A stretch of 38,730 nt of DNA, from positions 1-38,730 of the forward strand of contig CAYPAN010000002.1 in the NCBI GenBank assembly GCA_964408725.1, in the 5' to 3' direction. A program made the translations under genes and the position numbers. This document shows positions 16,352 through 24,488 of the stretch, piece after piece. The stretch comes from an uncultured Candidatus Saccharibacteria bacterium. GTDB taxonomy: Bacteria; Patescibacteriota; Minisyncoccia; Phycocordibacterales; UBA9973. The notes beneath the pieces are model-generated. The model saw only the letters and a list, made by a program, of their open reading frames with translations. It was not told where the DNA came from and did not search any database. Position 1 is the stretch's first letter; the number at the start of each line of letters is the position of its first letter.

Positions 16352-16921
16352 GTGAAAAAAGAAATTATAACTATATGCGGGGGTTTGGGAAGCGGAAAAT
16401 CAAGCACGGCAAAAGGAGTGGCGCAGGCCTTGGGATTCGAGCATTTCTCTTCCGGAGATTTTTTCCGACAGGTAGGACTGGAACTGGGTTTATCCGTAAC
16501 TGAAACAAATAAAATGGCTGAAACCGACAAGAAAATAGACGAAATGACCGACCAAAAATTAAGAGATCTTAATAATAAAAACAAAATTGTCATTGATTCC
16601 CGTACAGCTTATCACTGGATACCGGAATCTTTCAAAGTCTACCTGGATCTGCCCGCCGACATAGCCAAAGAAAGAATATTACAGAGTATTAAAGAAGACA
16701 AACTGCGTGGAGAAAGCGAACAAGCCAAAACAAGCGAGGAAGTTTTAAAGAAAATGACTGAGCGCTTTGAAAGCGAGCAAAAGCGATATTGGTATTTATA
16801 TAAAATAAATAATTCCGACAAAGGTCAGTTTGATTTAGTTATAGATACAAACAAAAACAACCTCAAGCAGGTTGTTGAAATAATAGTCAGAGAATACAAA
16901 AAGTGGATAGCGGAAAATTAA
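16352..16921 (+). CDS. cmk: Cytidylate kinase-like NMP kinase, archaeal-type
   Basis: P-loop GGLGSGKSS, with length and layout (189 aa, SGDFFRQ, DLVIDT) like archaeal Cmk. It is on the opposite strand to its neighbours, and its stop overlaps the secY stop (TTAA at 16918-16921). Confidence 0.65.
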   Translation: MKKEIITICGGLGSGKSSTAKGVAQALGFEHFSSGDFFRQVGLELGLSVTETNKMAETDKKIDEMTDQKLRDLNNKNKIVIDSRTAYHWIPESFKVYLDLPADIAKERILQSIKEDKLRGESEQAKTSEEVLKKMTERFESEQKRYWYLYKINNSDKGQFDLVIDTNKNNLKQVVEIIVREYKKWIAEN

Positions 16922-18189
16922 TATTCCCTCATTGAAACTTGAGCATCTACTTTTTTTATTAGGTCAAGAACTACGGAAACAACTATGAGAAGAGCTGTAC
17001 CGCCCAAAGCGATAGCGGTGATGCCTGTAAGCGAACGAATGATAAGAGGCAAAACGGCAATGAAACCCAAGAATACCGCGCCCAAGAGTGTAATGCGACT
17101 TAGAACTTTTGAAATATATTGAGATGTGGACAACCCTGGACGAATGCCCGGAATAAATGCGCCATTTTTCTGCAAATTCACGGAAAGCGCTTCAGGGTCA
17201 AAGGTAACAGCCGTATAAAAGTAAGTGAAAAGAAATACCAAAATAAAATAAAGCACGGCATAAAGCACGCTAGTTTGTGAAAAAGACATAAGAATTTTAG
17301 AAATAGACAATAGAACTGCGTTGGAAGAACTTGCCAAAAAGTTGCCGATCATCTGCGGAAAGAGCAAAAGAGAAAGGGCAAAAATTATCGGTATAACTCC
17401 GGCTTGATTCACCCGAAGAGGCAGATAAGTGGAGCCACCGCCGTACATTTTCATTCCCCGGACACGCTTGGCATAAGTAACGGGGATAGGACGTTCCGCT
17501 TCTGTCACAACTACCACTCCGGCTATGACTAAAATACCCGCCGCTATAAACATCAGATAAAGAGGAATTTGAGAAACATCAAAAGTGAAAAGGAGCTGGC
17601 TTACTTCAGCCGGAATTCTGGAAACTATGCCGGCAAAAATTATCATAGATACTCCGTTGCCGATTCCGAATTCAGACATAAGCTCTCCTATCCACATCAG
17701 GAGCATTGAACCGGAAATAACAATAATCAAATCAGTAATGCGGTTAAAGACCGTCAAATTCCCCAAAATATTTTGACTTTGCAGAATGGCCAAAAGACTG
17801 AAGCCTTGAATGGCAGCCAAAGGAATAGTGAGCAATCTTGAATACTGGGTAAATTTCCTTCTGCCTGCTTCTCCCTCTTCATGATAAATTCTTTTCAAGG
17901 CGGGCACCATTATAGTCAAAAGCTGCATAATGATTGAGCTGGTGATATAAGGCCCGACACCCAGCATTATGATGGAAAGATTTGAAAGTCCTCCCCCGGA
18001 AAAGATGTTCAGGATACCGAAAAATTGGTTGTTGGTAAGAAAACGATTGAGTTCCAATGTATCAATGCCAGGTATAGGAATAGCAGAAAGCAGTCTAAAA
18101 ATTACCAAGGCAAAGAGCACAAACAGCACTCTCTTTCGTAGAACAGTGTCGGTCCAGATCAATTTTATTTTATTCCAAAAGTTTTCCAT
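16918..18189 (-). CDS. secY: Preprotein translocase subunit SecY
   Basis: Ten-TM translation with typical SecY N-terminus and loops, at the conserved position after rplO. Confidence 0.95.
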   Translation of the reverse strand: MENFWNKIKLIWTDTVLRKRVLFVLFALVIFRLLSAIPIPGIDTLELNRFLTNNQFFGILNIFSGGGLSNLSIIMLGVGPYITSSIIMQLLTIMVPALKRIYHEEGEAGRRKFTQYSRLLTIPLAAIQGFSLLAILQSQNILGNLTVFNRITDLIIVISGSMLLMWIGELMSEFGIGNGVSMIIFAGIVSRIPAEVSQLLFTFDVSQIPLYLMFIAAGILVIAGVVVVTEAERPIPVTYAKRVRGMKMYGGGSTYLPLRVNQAGVIPIIFALSLLLFPQMIGNFLASSSNAVLLSISKILMSFSQTSVLYAVLYFILVFLFTYFYTAVTFDPEALSVNLQKNGAFIPGIRPGLSTSQYISKVLSRITLLGAVFLGFIAVLPLIIRSLTGITAIALGGTALLIVVSVVLDLIKKVDAQVSMREY

Positions 18190-18191
18190 CT

Positions 18192-18503
18192 TTATTTAAT
18201 TTTAATCTTTCCCCCCTTGATACCCAAACGCTTTCTCATCAAAGAGAAAGATTCAACTTCGCCCTTTTCCGATAAAGCTTTTTCTTTGCTTACTATAAAG
18301 GGCTTACGAACAGATTTAAACTGATACCCGCGATTTTTTGGCAGTTTTTTAATAATATCACGGAGCTCCGGACGGCGTTTATTGCCGGCTCGGGCGGTCT
18401 GACCCTTACCTCCGCGACCGGAAGTCTTGGCGTGTTTGCCCCCGCGACCCACTATTCGGTCTTTTTTATTCCTATGTTCTCTTTTTAAATTATGTATTTG
18501 CAT
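18192..18503 (-). CDS. rplO: 50S ribosomal protein L15 (short, 103 aa)
   Basis: Gly/Arg-rich L15 N-terminal region (GRGGKHAKTSGRGGKGQTARAG) at the conserved position. Confidence 0.88.
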   Translation of the reverse strand: MQIHNLKREHRNKKDRIVGRGGKHAKTSGRGGKGQTARAGNKRRPELRDIIKKLPKNRGYQFKSVRKPFIVSKEKALSEKGEVESFSLMRKRLGIKGGKIKIK

Positions 18504-18504
18504 A

Positions 18505-19077
18505 TTATTTTTCTGTTTCTGTTTCCGGAATTACAATTTCTTTATTTTTAATAACAAAACTTTCAGGTATAAGTTTCGTATACTTTGAAGAAATTTGAGA
18601 AAAGGCGGACATTACAGCTTTGGCATTGTTTAACTTGTTTTTACTGCCGGACAAAACTTTCCCTGTGATATCTTTTATCCCGGCTAATTTGGCTATATCG
18701 CGAAGCACCGTCCCTGCCACCAATCCACGCCCTTTATTGGGCATAATTACCACATGAGAGCTTGAAAATTTAGCGGAAACTTCATGGGGTATGGACATAT
18801 TTTTTGTAAGTTTTAACCTGACCATATTTTTCTTGGCATTTCGGAGCGCTTTATTTATGGCAAGAGAAGTGTCCCCGGCTTTTCCCAATCCCAAACCTAT
18901 AGAGCCTTTTTTATCTCCCGCCACCAAGGCAACGCTAAAAGAAAATCTGCGTCCTCCGGCAACAACACGAGTCACCCGGCGAATATTCAGAATCTTTTGG
19001 TCAAATTCCGGTTTTGGCCTCCCAAAAGACTGAGACCTGCGATTATTATTCTTTTTTTTATTTTCTTCTTCTGCCAT
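18505..19077 (-). CDS. rpsE: 30S ribosomal protein S5
   Basis: The translation (RRVTRVVAGGRRFSF ... GDKKGSIGLGLGKA) fits S5. Confidence 0.95.
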   Translation of the reverse strand: MAEEENKKKNNNRRSQSFGRPKPEFDQKILNIRRVTRVVAGGRRFSFSVALVAGDKKGSIGLGLGKAGDTSLAINKALRNAKKNMVRLKLTKNMSIPHEVSAKFSSSHVVIMPNKGRGLVAGTVLRDIAKLAGIKDITGKVLSGSKNKLNNAKAVMSAFSQISSKYTKLIPESFVIKNKEIVIPETETEK

Positions 19078-19095
19078 ATATAAAATAAAAATTAT

Positions 19096-19437
19096 TTAAA
19101 ACTTAAGCCCGGCGACCCGCGCTTCATCGGCTACTAATTTTATGCGTCCGGTGTATTTAAATCCGTTTCGGTCAAAGACAACTTTTTCAATTTTTATTTT
19201 TTTGCAAGCGTCCGCTATCGCCTGACCGACTTCTTTGGCCCGCTCGGTCTTCGTGCCTTTTGTCGCTTTAATATCGCTTGCTTCCGTCAAAGTCTTCCCT
19301 TTTTGGTCATCAATAACCTGAGCATAAATAAATTTATTGGAACGAAACACGGACAATCTAGGACGAAGGGATGTGCCAAAGATTTTTGCCCTGATTTTAG
19401 CTTTTAACCTTATTCTTTTGTCGTCTTTTTTAATCAT
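19096..19437 (-). CDS. rplR: 50S ribosomal protein L18
   Basis: Translation and operon position fit L18 (LSVFRSNKFIYAQVIDD). Confidence 0.95.
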   Translation of the reverse strand: MIKKDDKRIRLKAKIRAKIFGTSLRPRLSVFRSNKFIYAQVIDDQKGKTLTEASDIKATKGTKTERAKEVGQAIADACKKIKIEKVVFDRNGFKYTGRIKLVADEARVAGLKF

Positions 19438-19442
19438 ATATT

Positions 19443-19976
19443 TTAAGCGGTTTTCTTACCTTGTTTTCGCCTTATGACTTCGTTTTCATAGCGCATTCCT
19501 TTGCCTTTATACGGCTCCGGTTTCTTTAGCGCGCGCAAACTGGCGGTAAAACTGCCGACTAGTTCTTTATCAATTCCCGTTATAGTTATGTTATTCTTTT
19601 CGGCTGTAGCAGTGATGCCTTCCGGTATTGAAACCACGACCGGATGGGAAAATCCCAAGGCAAAAACAAATTCTTTCCCTTTAACCTCGGATTTGTACCC
19701 GACTCCCTCCAAAATTAACTTTTTTTGATACGGTGTTTCCACTCCTTTTATCATATTTTTTATATGTGAAGCGTAGGTGCCCCAGAGGGATTTTGAAAAC
19801 TTGTCGTTTCTTTTTATATTTAAAGTTATTATTTTATCTCCTATGTTAAAAGTAATATCATCACGGAAAATTTTTGTCGCTGTGCCTTTCGGTCCCGTAA
19901 CTTTCAAAACATCGCCACTTTTCGTGACTTGCACTCCTTTCGGTATTTGTATTTCTTGTTTGCCTATTCTACTCAT
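19443..19976 (-). CDS. rplF: 50S ribosomal protein L6
   Basis: Translation (MSRIGKQEIQIPKGV) and position fit L6. Confidence 0.95.
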   Translation of the reverse strand: MSRIGKQEIQIPKGVQVTKSGDVLKVTGPKGTATKIFRDDITFNIGDKIITLNIKRNDKFSKSLWGTYASHIKNMIKGVETPYQKKLILEGVGYKSEVKGKEFVFALGFSHPVVVSIPEGITATAEKNNITITGIDKELVGSFTASLRALKKPEPYKGKGMRYENEVIRRKQGKKTA

Positions 19977-20008
19977 ATAATTTTATTATTTATAGTGAAT
20001 TTATTGAA

Positions 20009-20395
20009 CTACCAAACTCTAAACAACGCTTCACCTCCGACCTGCTCTTTTCTAGCTTCTTTACCGGACAAAATTCCCTTTGGTGTTGAAAGCACCAGAA
20101 GCCCTGAACCGTTCCTGATTGAATGGATATCCTTCATTTTAAAATAAACGCGTCGGGACTGTTTGGAAACTCTTTCCACTTCCGCGATTTTCGGCTTTTT
20201 ATCCGTGTAGATTAATTCAACTTCCAGTGTCGGAAAACCTTTCTTAACAATCTTCTTAACTTGTTTTATATAACCTTCCTTTTTCAAACATTCCGCAATG
20301 GTATTTTTCATCTTGGAATAAGGAAAGGAAACAGACTCCTTGCCGGCAAGACTTGCGTTCTTCATCATTATTATCATGTTTGAAATTGAATCCAT
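20009..20395 (-). CDS. rpsH: 30S ribosomal protein S8 (start at ATG 20395, not the ORF-track 20452)
   Basis: MDSISNMIIMMKNA... is the canonical S8 N-terminus. The upstream 19 codons overlap rpsN. Confidence 0.93.
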   Translation of the reverse strand: MDSISNMIIMMKNASLAGKESVSFPYSKMKNTIAECLKKEGYIKQVKKIVKKGFPTLEVELIYTDKKPKIAEVERVSKQSRRVYFKMKDIHSIRNGSGLLVLSTPKGILSGKEARKEQVGGEALFRVW

Positions 20396-20411
20396 AGTGA
20401 GATTTACCCTA

Positions 20412-20597
20412 CTACCAGCTTGATTTGCGGACGCCCGGAAGCATTCCTTCATTGGCTAATTCCCGAAAGCAAATACGACATATGCCGAAATCTCTCATAA
20501 AACCATTGCCCCGCCCACAGCGAAAACATCGATTTTTCTGTCGGGTAGAGAATTTTGGTGTTTTTCTATTTCTTGCTAAAACTGATGTTTTTGCCAT
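20412..20597 (-). CDS. rpsN: 30S ribosomal protein S14, zinc-binding type Z (61 aa)
   Basis: CxxC...CxxC pattern (CFRCGR...CRIC) and a C-terminal SSW. Confidence 0.95.
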   Translation of the reverse strand: MAKTSVLARNRKTPKFSTRQKNRCFRCGRGNGFMRDFGICRICFRELANEGMLPGVRKSSW

Positions 20598-20709
20598 AAA
20601 TAATGAATCGGGAGCGCTCCGTTAATATCTCACTTTTTTTCTTTAAGCCTTTAAAACAAAGACCTAAAGGAGAAAAATGGATTAAGCAGAAGGTCATTCC
20701 CTTATTTTG

Positions 20710-20738
20710 ATATTAGCAAAAAATGGCTTAAGAGTCAA
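20710..20738 (-). promoter_or_regulatory. Near-consensus internal promoter between rplE and rpsN
   Basis: Minus strand reads TTGACT (20738-20733), a 17-nt spacer ending in TGc, then TAATAT (20715-20710). It starts 5 nt after the rplE stop and is followed by a leader of about 110 nt. Confidence 0.6.
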
Positions 20739-20742
20739 ATAG

Positions 20743-21309
20743 CTATTTCTTCTTGCTATCTTCTTCCTTTTTGAAAGGTATGCCTATGAATTCAAAGAAA
20801 GTCTTGCCTTCTTTTTTATTCTTGGCCGTGGAAACGAGAGTGATAGCAAGCCCGAATACGTCTCTTATGTCTTCATCAGCTGTTTCTGGAAATATAGTGT
20901 GCTCCTTGATGCCGATTGTAAGATTGCCGATATTGTCCACTGCTCCGGGATTGATACCGCGGAAGTCTTTGGTGCGGGGAAGAGCGACGTTTATTAGTTT
21001 CTCCAGGAAAGCGTACATTCTTTTCCCGCGCAACGTCACAACGACTCCGATAGGGTCACCCTGGCGGATTTTGAAAGAGGCGATTGATTGTTTGGCTCCT
21101 CTCAATGCTCCTTTCTGACCGGTGATTTTTGCCAGTCTTTCTCCAATAGCGTCATTTTTTTTACTATCTTTTTTTATAGCCGTGCCTGTGCCGACATTCA
21201 ATACAACCTTAACCATTTTGGGCGCAGCCATGCTGTTTTTATAATGAAAAATGCTTTTCATTTTATCAAAACTTTCTATTTCTTTTTCTTTTACGGTTAA
21301 ATGTTTCAT
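20743..21309 (-). CDS. rplE: 50S ribosomal protein L5
   Basis: Translation and position fit L5. Confidence 0.95.
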   Translation of the reverse strand: MKHLTVKEKEIESFDKMKSIFHYKNSMAAPKMVKVVLNVGTGTAIKKDSKKNDAIGERLAKITGQKGALRGAKQSIASFKIRQGDPIGVVVTLRGKRMYAFLEKLINVALPRTKDFRGINPGAVDNIGNLTIGIKEHTIFPETADEDIRDVFGLAITLVSTAKNKKEGKTFFEFIGIPFKKEEDSKKK

Positions 21310-21315
21310 ATATGA

Positions 21316-21621
21316 TTAAATTTCCTGACCGCTTTTCTTGGTAATTCGAACCATTTTATCGCCAACTTTCTTTTTCCCCACACGACTTGCCAATCCTGTT
21401 TTCGGGTCAATGATTTGGACATTTGAAATATGCATCGGCATCGCTATATCTATCTTGGTGCCTTTTTCATCGGACTTTCTCGGACGCTGATGCTTTTTCA
21501 TCATATTTATTCCTTCTACGATAATTTTATTTTTATCAATTAAAACAGCGACAATCTTGCCTTTCTTGCCTTTGTCTTTCCCCGCTATAACTATTACATT
21601 GTCTCCTTTTTTTAATTTCAT
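21316..21621 (-). CDS. rplX: 50S ribosomal protein L24
   Basis: KOW motif (KKGDNVIVIAGKDKGKKGKI) and position. Confidence 0.95.
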   Translation of the reverse strand: MKLKKGDNVIVIAGKDKGKKGKIVAVLIDKNKIIVEGINMMKKHQRPRKSDEKGTKIDIAMPMHISNVQIIDPKTGLASRVGKKKVGDKMVRITKKSGQEI

Positions 21622-21629
21622 AAATTTAT

Positions 21630-22001
21630 TTAGATTACTTCCGGGGCTAATGATATTATTTTCTGAAATCCTTTTTCAGCCAATTCTCTCGGGATTGGAC
21701 CGAAAACACGTCCGGCTTTCGGGTCAAGTTTCCCTTTCTCTAATAAAACTACCGCATTATCATCAAAACGGATATAAGACCCGTCTTTTCTCCTGTATGC
21801 GCCTCTTGTGCGCACTACCACCGCCTGATGCACATCCTTTTTCTTCACATCCTTTCTGGGAGTAGCAACTTTCACGGAAATAACAACCAAATCGCCAAGA
21901 GTCGCGTATCTTTTCTTTGAACTGCCTAAAATCTTAAACACCTTTCCTATGGTGCCTCCGGCATTGTCCGTTATTTTTACCAATGTTTCTGTTTGAATCA
22001 T
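21630..22001 (-). CDS. rplN: 50S ribosomal protein L14
   Basis: Translation (MIQTETLVKITDNAG) and position fit L14. Confidence 0.96.
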   Translation of the reverse strand: MIQTETLVKITDNAGGTIGKVFKILGSSKKRYATLGDLVVISVKVATPRKDVKKKDVHQAVVVRTRGAYRRKDGSYIRFDDNAVVLLEKGKLDPKAGRVFGPIPRELAEKGFQKIISLAPEVI

Positions 22002-22005
22002 AAAT

Positions 22006-22278
22006 TTATTTATAAACGACTTTAAACCTTTTATCTTTTGAAATCGGCTTAGTCTCGACTATTTCCACCTTGTCTCCGGTCTTATATTTATTTTCTTCGT
22101 CGTGCGCTTTATATTTTTTATTTATTTTATAAAATTTTCCGTATTTCGGATGCTTAACGAATCGTGAAACGGACACTACGACAGTTTTATCCATCTTATC
22201 CGAAACAACAACACCATTTAAGGTATTGCCTGTTTTAATCAAATCATTTCCATTTTCTTTTTTTGCTTTTGTCGCCAT
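22006..22278 (-). CDS. rpsQ: 30S ribosomal protein S17
   Basis: Translation and position fit S17. Confidence 0.93.
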   Translation of the reverse strand: MATKAKKENGNDLIKTGNTLNGVVVSDKMDKTVVVSVSRFVKHPKYGKFYKINKKYKAHDEENKYKTGDKVEIVETKPISKDKRFKVVYK

Positions 22279-22282
22279 ATAA

Positions 22283-22480
22283 TTATTTTTTACTGTTTAT
22301 CTCCGTTAAAACTCTGGCTATTTGTTTTCTTAAAGCCGCATATTCTTTAACATTCTTTGACTTTGAACCTTGGGCCTTAAATCGCAAAACTCTTATGCTC
22401 TCTTCCAAGAGACTGAGTTTTTTATTCAGCTCATCTCCTTTCATCCCTTTTAAATTTTCTTCTTTTTTTGCTTTTGCCAT
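22283..22480 (-). CDS. rpmC: 50S ribosomal protein L29
   Basis: Translation and position fit L29. Confidence 0.9.
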   Translation of the reverse strand: MAKAKKEENLKGMKGDELNKKLSLLEESIRVLRFKAQGSKSKNVKEYAALRKQIARVLTEINSKK

Positions 22481-22485
22481 AATAA

Positions 22486-22914
22486 TTATACATTGTGAGC
22501 TCTGGAAACAATTCTTGTTTTAACAGGAAGCTTTGTGCCGGCTTTTCTTAAAGCTTCATGCGCCAACGCTTCTTCCGCTCCGTCCACCTCAAATATAATA
22601 CGTCCGGGGTAAACGTCAAAGCAATATCCTTGAGGGTCTCCTTTTCCTTTTCCCATTCCCATTTCCGCGGCTTTGGAAGTGAAAGGTCTGTCCGGAAAAA
22701 TGCGAACCCAATATTTCCCGGACTTGGTCAAGGTTCGAGATATCACCTTTCTGGCGGATTCAATCTGATTTGATTTAACGCGCGCCTGAGTCAGGGCTTT
22801 GAGCCCGTAAGAACCGAAGGAAAGCTTCGTGCCGCGAGTCTCCGGGGTATTCCCTTTTGGATTACTGCGTCCCGTCTGCCATTTTCTAAATTTTACTTTT
22901 TTTGGTATTAACAT
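22486..22914 (-). CDS. rplP: 50S ribosomal protein L16
   Basis: Translation (MLIPKKVKFRKWQ) and position fit L16. Confidence 0.96.
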   Translation of the reverse strand: MLIPKKVKFRKWQTGRSNPKGNTPETRGTKLSFGSYGLKALTQARVKSNQIESARKVISRTLTKSGKYWVRIFPDRPFTSKAAEMGMGKGKGDPQGYCFDVYPGRIIFEVDGAEEALAHEALRKAGTKLPVKTRIVSRAHNV

Positions 22915-22925
22915 AAAAATAATGT

Positions 22926-23624
22926 CTAACTTTTAACTTCTTTGTTTACCATAGAACGGGCAGGTTTTTTATCCGCAAAAATTTTCCCTCTATAAATCCA
23001 AACCTTTATACCCACATCACCATACGGCAAATGCGCCTTTTCCCTTTTGAAATCAATATCCGCGCGGAAAGTTTGAAGCGGAATACTTCCTCGTTTCAAC
23101 TCTTCCGTGCGGGCAATTTCAGCTCCACCTAAGCGGCCCCCCAAGACTACTCTTACACCTTCCACACCGTGAGCTGTCATAACTTTTTCAACGATCTGTT
23201 TTACAACCCGACGATATGGCATCCTTTTTTCCAATCCTTCGGCAATCATATACGCGACGATAGTAGCATCGGCTTCCGGATTCCCGACTTCTATAATTTC
23301 AAGTTTGAAATCTTCCGATTTTGTCAGTTTCAACTTTTCCATTTTCTTTAAAATATCATTTTTCAATTTCGTCACTCCTTCTCCGTTTCTTCCGATAATG
23401 AGACCGGGACGGGAAGTTCTAATCACAAAACGGGTGGTTTTTTGGTTCCTGTCTATTTCAATCGAAGAAACATACATACCGCGCAATTTCTTTTCCAAAT
23501 ACTCGCGTATCAAAACATCACCCTTCAGGTAATCGCAATATTTTTTAGGGTCGGCAAACCAATGAGATTTCCAATCTCTTAAAATTATCAACCTATGGGC
23601 GTATGGATGGACTATTTTTGACAT
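22926..23624 (-). CDS. rpsC: 30S ribosomal protein S3
   Basis: KH-domain translation and position fit S3. Confidence 0.95.
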   Translation of the reverse strand: MSKIVHPYAHRLIILRDWKSHWFADPKKYCDYLKGDVLIREYLEKKLRGMYVSSIEIDRNQKTTRFVIRTSRPGLIIGRNGEGVTKLKNDILKKMEKLKLTKSEDFKLEIIEVGNPEADATIVAYMIAEGLEKRMPYRRVVKQIVEKVMTAHGVEGVRVVLGGRLGGAEIARTEELKRGSIPLQTFRADIDFKREKAHLPYGDVGIKVWIYRGKIFADKKPARSMVNKEVKS

Positions 23625-23626
23625 AA

Positions 23627-24013
23627 TTATTTTTTGGTCTCGATTTTCTTCGAGATTTTTTTACTTTTACCCTTTCCTTTCGTTTTTTCAACTCTTTCCG
23701 CTAAGAGAATGGCCACATGACTCGTGCGCTTGTTTATCCTGTGTCCGGTACCCATAGCGGCCGGCATCATTCTTTTCATTACGATGCCTTTATCCACTCT
23801 CAACTCTTTTATAAATAAATTTTCTTTTGCTATCCCTGCTTGAAGGGCGTTTGCAACAGCCGAAAGCAAAAGTTTTTTAATCGGTAGTCCCGCGCGTTTT
23901 GCCAAAAAATCCAAGGTGGCTAATGCTTCCTCCACGTTCTTTCCTTTAATAAGCCCCGCCACTAAACGAACTTTTCTAGGGGCTTGTCTATAATTTTTTA
24001 AAAATGCTTTCAT
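23627..24013 (-). CDS. rplV: 50S ribosomal protein L22 (Lys-rich C-terminal tail)
   Basis: Translation and position fit L22. Confidence 0.93.
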   Translation of the reverse strand: MKAFLKNYRQAPRKVRLVAGLIKGKNVEEALATLDFLAKRAGLPIKKLLLSAVANALQAGIAKENLFIKELRVDKGIVMKRMMPAAMGTGHRINKRTSHVAILLAERVEKTKGKGKSKKISKKIETKK

Positions 24014-24040
24014 ATAATTTATGTGGTATCAAGCCCGTAA

Positions 24041-24391
24041 TTATTTCTTAGTACTGGCTGCGGCCGCGGCTTCCGTGGCGGACTTGGCCTGGGTTATTTC
24101 AGCTTCCTTTTTCTTTTGTTCAAGTTCTTTCTGCATCTTTCCACCGTGTTTTATAAATTTCTTTGTCGGGGAAAATTCTCCCAATCTGTGTCCAACCATA
24201 TCTTCGGTCACAAGGACTTCAACGTGAACTTTTCCGTTATATACGCCAAAAGTAAAACCCACCATTTCGGGCGCAATTTGACAGGCTCTTTTCCAAGTTT
24301 TAATCATTGGGGTTTGAAGCGGGTTTTTACCGGCTATCTTTTTTAAGAGCCTTTCATCGATATTTAATCCTTTTTTGATTGACCTTGTCAT
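24041..24391 (-). CDS. rpsS: 30S ribosomal protein S19 (start at ATG 24391; C-terminal extension)
   Basis: MTRSIKKG is the canonical S19 N-terminus, and the ORF-track start at 24406 is a TTG. An extra Ala/Lys-rich tail of about 25 aa follows the conserved core. Confidence 0.93.
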   Translation of the reverse strand: MTRSIKKGLNIDERLLKKIAGKNPLQTPMIKTWKRACQIAPEMVGFTFGVYNGKVHVEVLVTEDMVGHRLGEFSPTKKFIKHGGKMQKELEQKKKEAEITQAKSATEAAAAASTKK

Positions 24392-24430
24392 AAAAATACT
24401 AAACAAAAAGCTCCTAACGAGCTTGATATC

Positions 24431-24458
24431 ATAATAGCAAAATACAGAATAAAGTCAA
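24431..24458 (-). promoter_or_regulatory. Near-consensus internal promoter between rplB and rpsS
   Basis: Minus strand reads TTGACT (24458-24453), a 16-nt spacer ending in TGc, then TATTAT (24436-24431). Confidence 0.6.
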
Positions 24459-24460
24459 AT

Positions 24461-24488
24461 AAACAAAACCCCTTGAGGGGGTTTTGTT
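24461..24488 (-). terminator. Strong hairpin immediately after the rplB stop codon (putative internal terminator)
   Basis: A perfect 12-bp stem, aaacaaaacccc (24461-24472) / ggggttttgttt (24477-24488), with loop ttga. On the minus strand it is followed by a U-rich tract (AUUUGACUUUAUU). Confidence 0.55.

Noticed and set aside
20603-20711. Small ORFs occur in the rplE-rpsN spacer: a 35-codon ORF on the plus strand, and a roughly 43-codon minus-strand ORF overlapping the rpsN start. I considered them as possible leader peptides.
   Set aside because: There is no ribosome-binding context, no recognisable peptide features, and the frames overlap rpsN out of phase. The spacer is better explained as promoter plus RNA leader.
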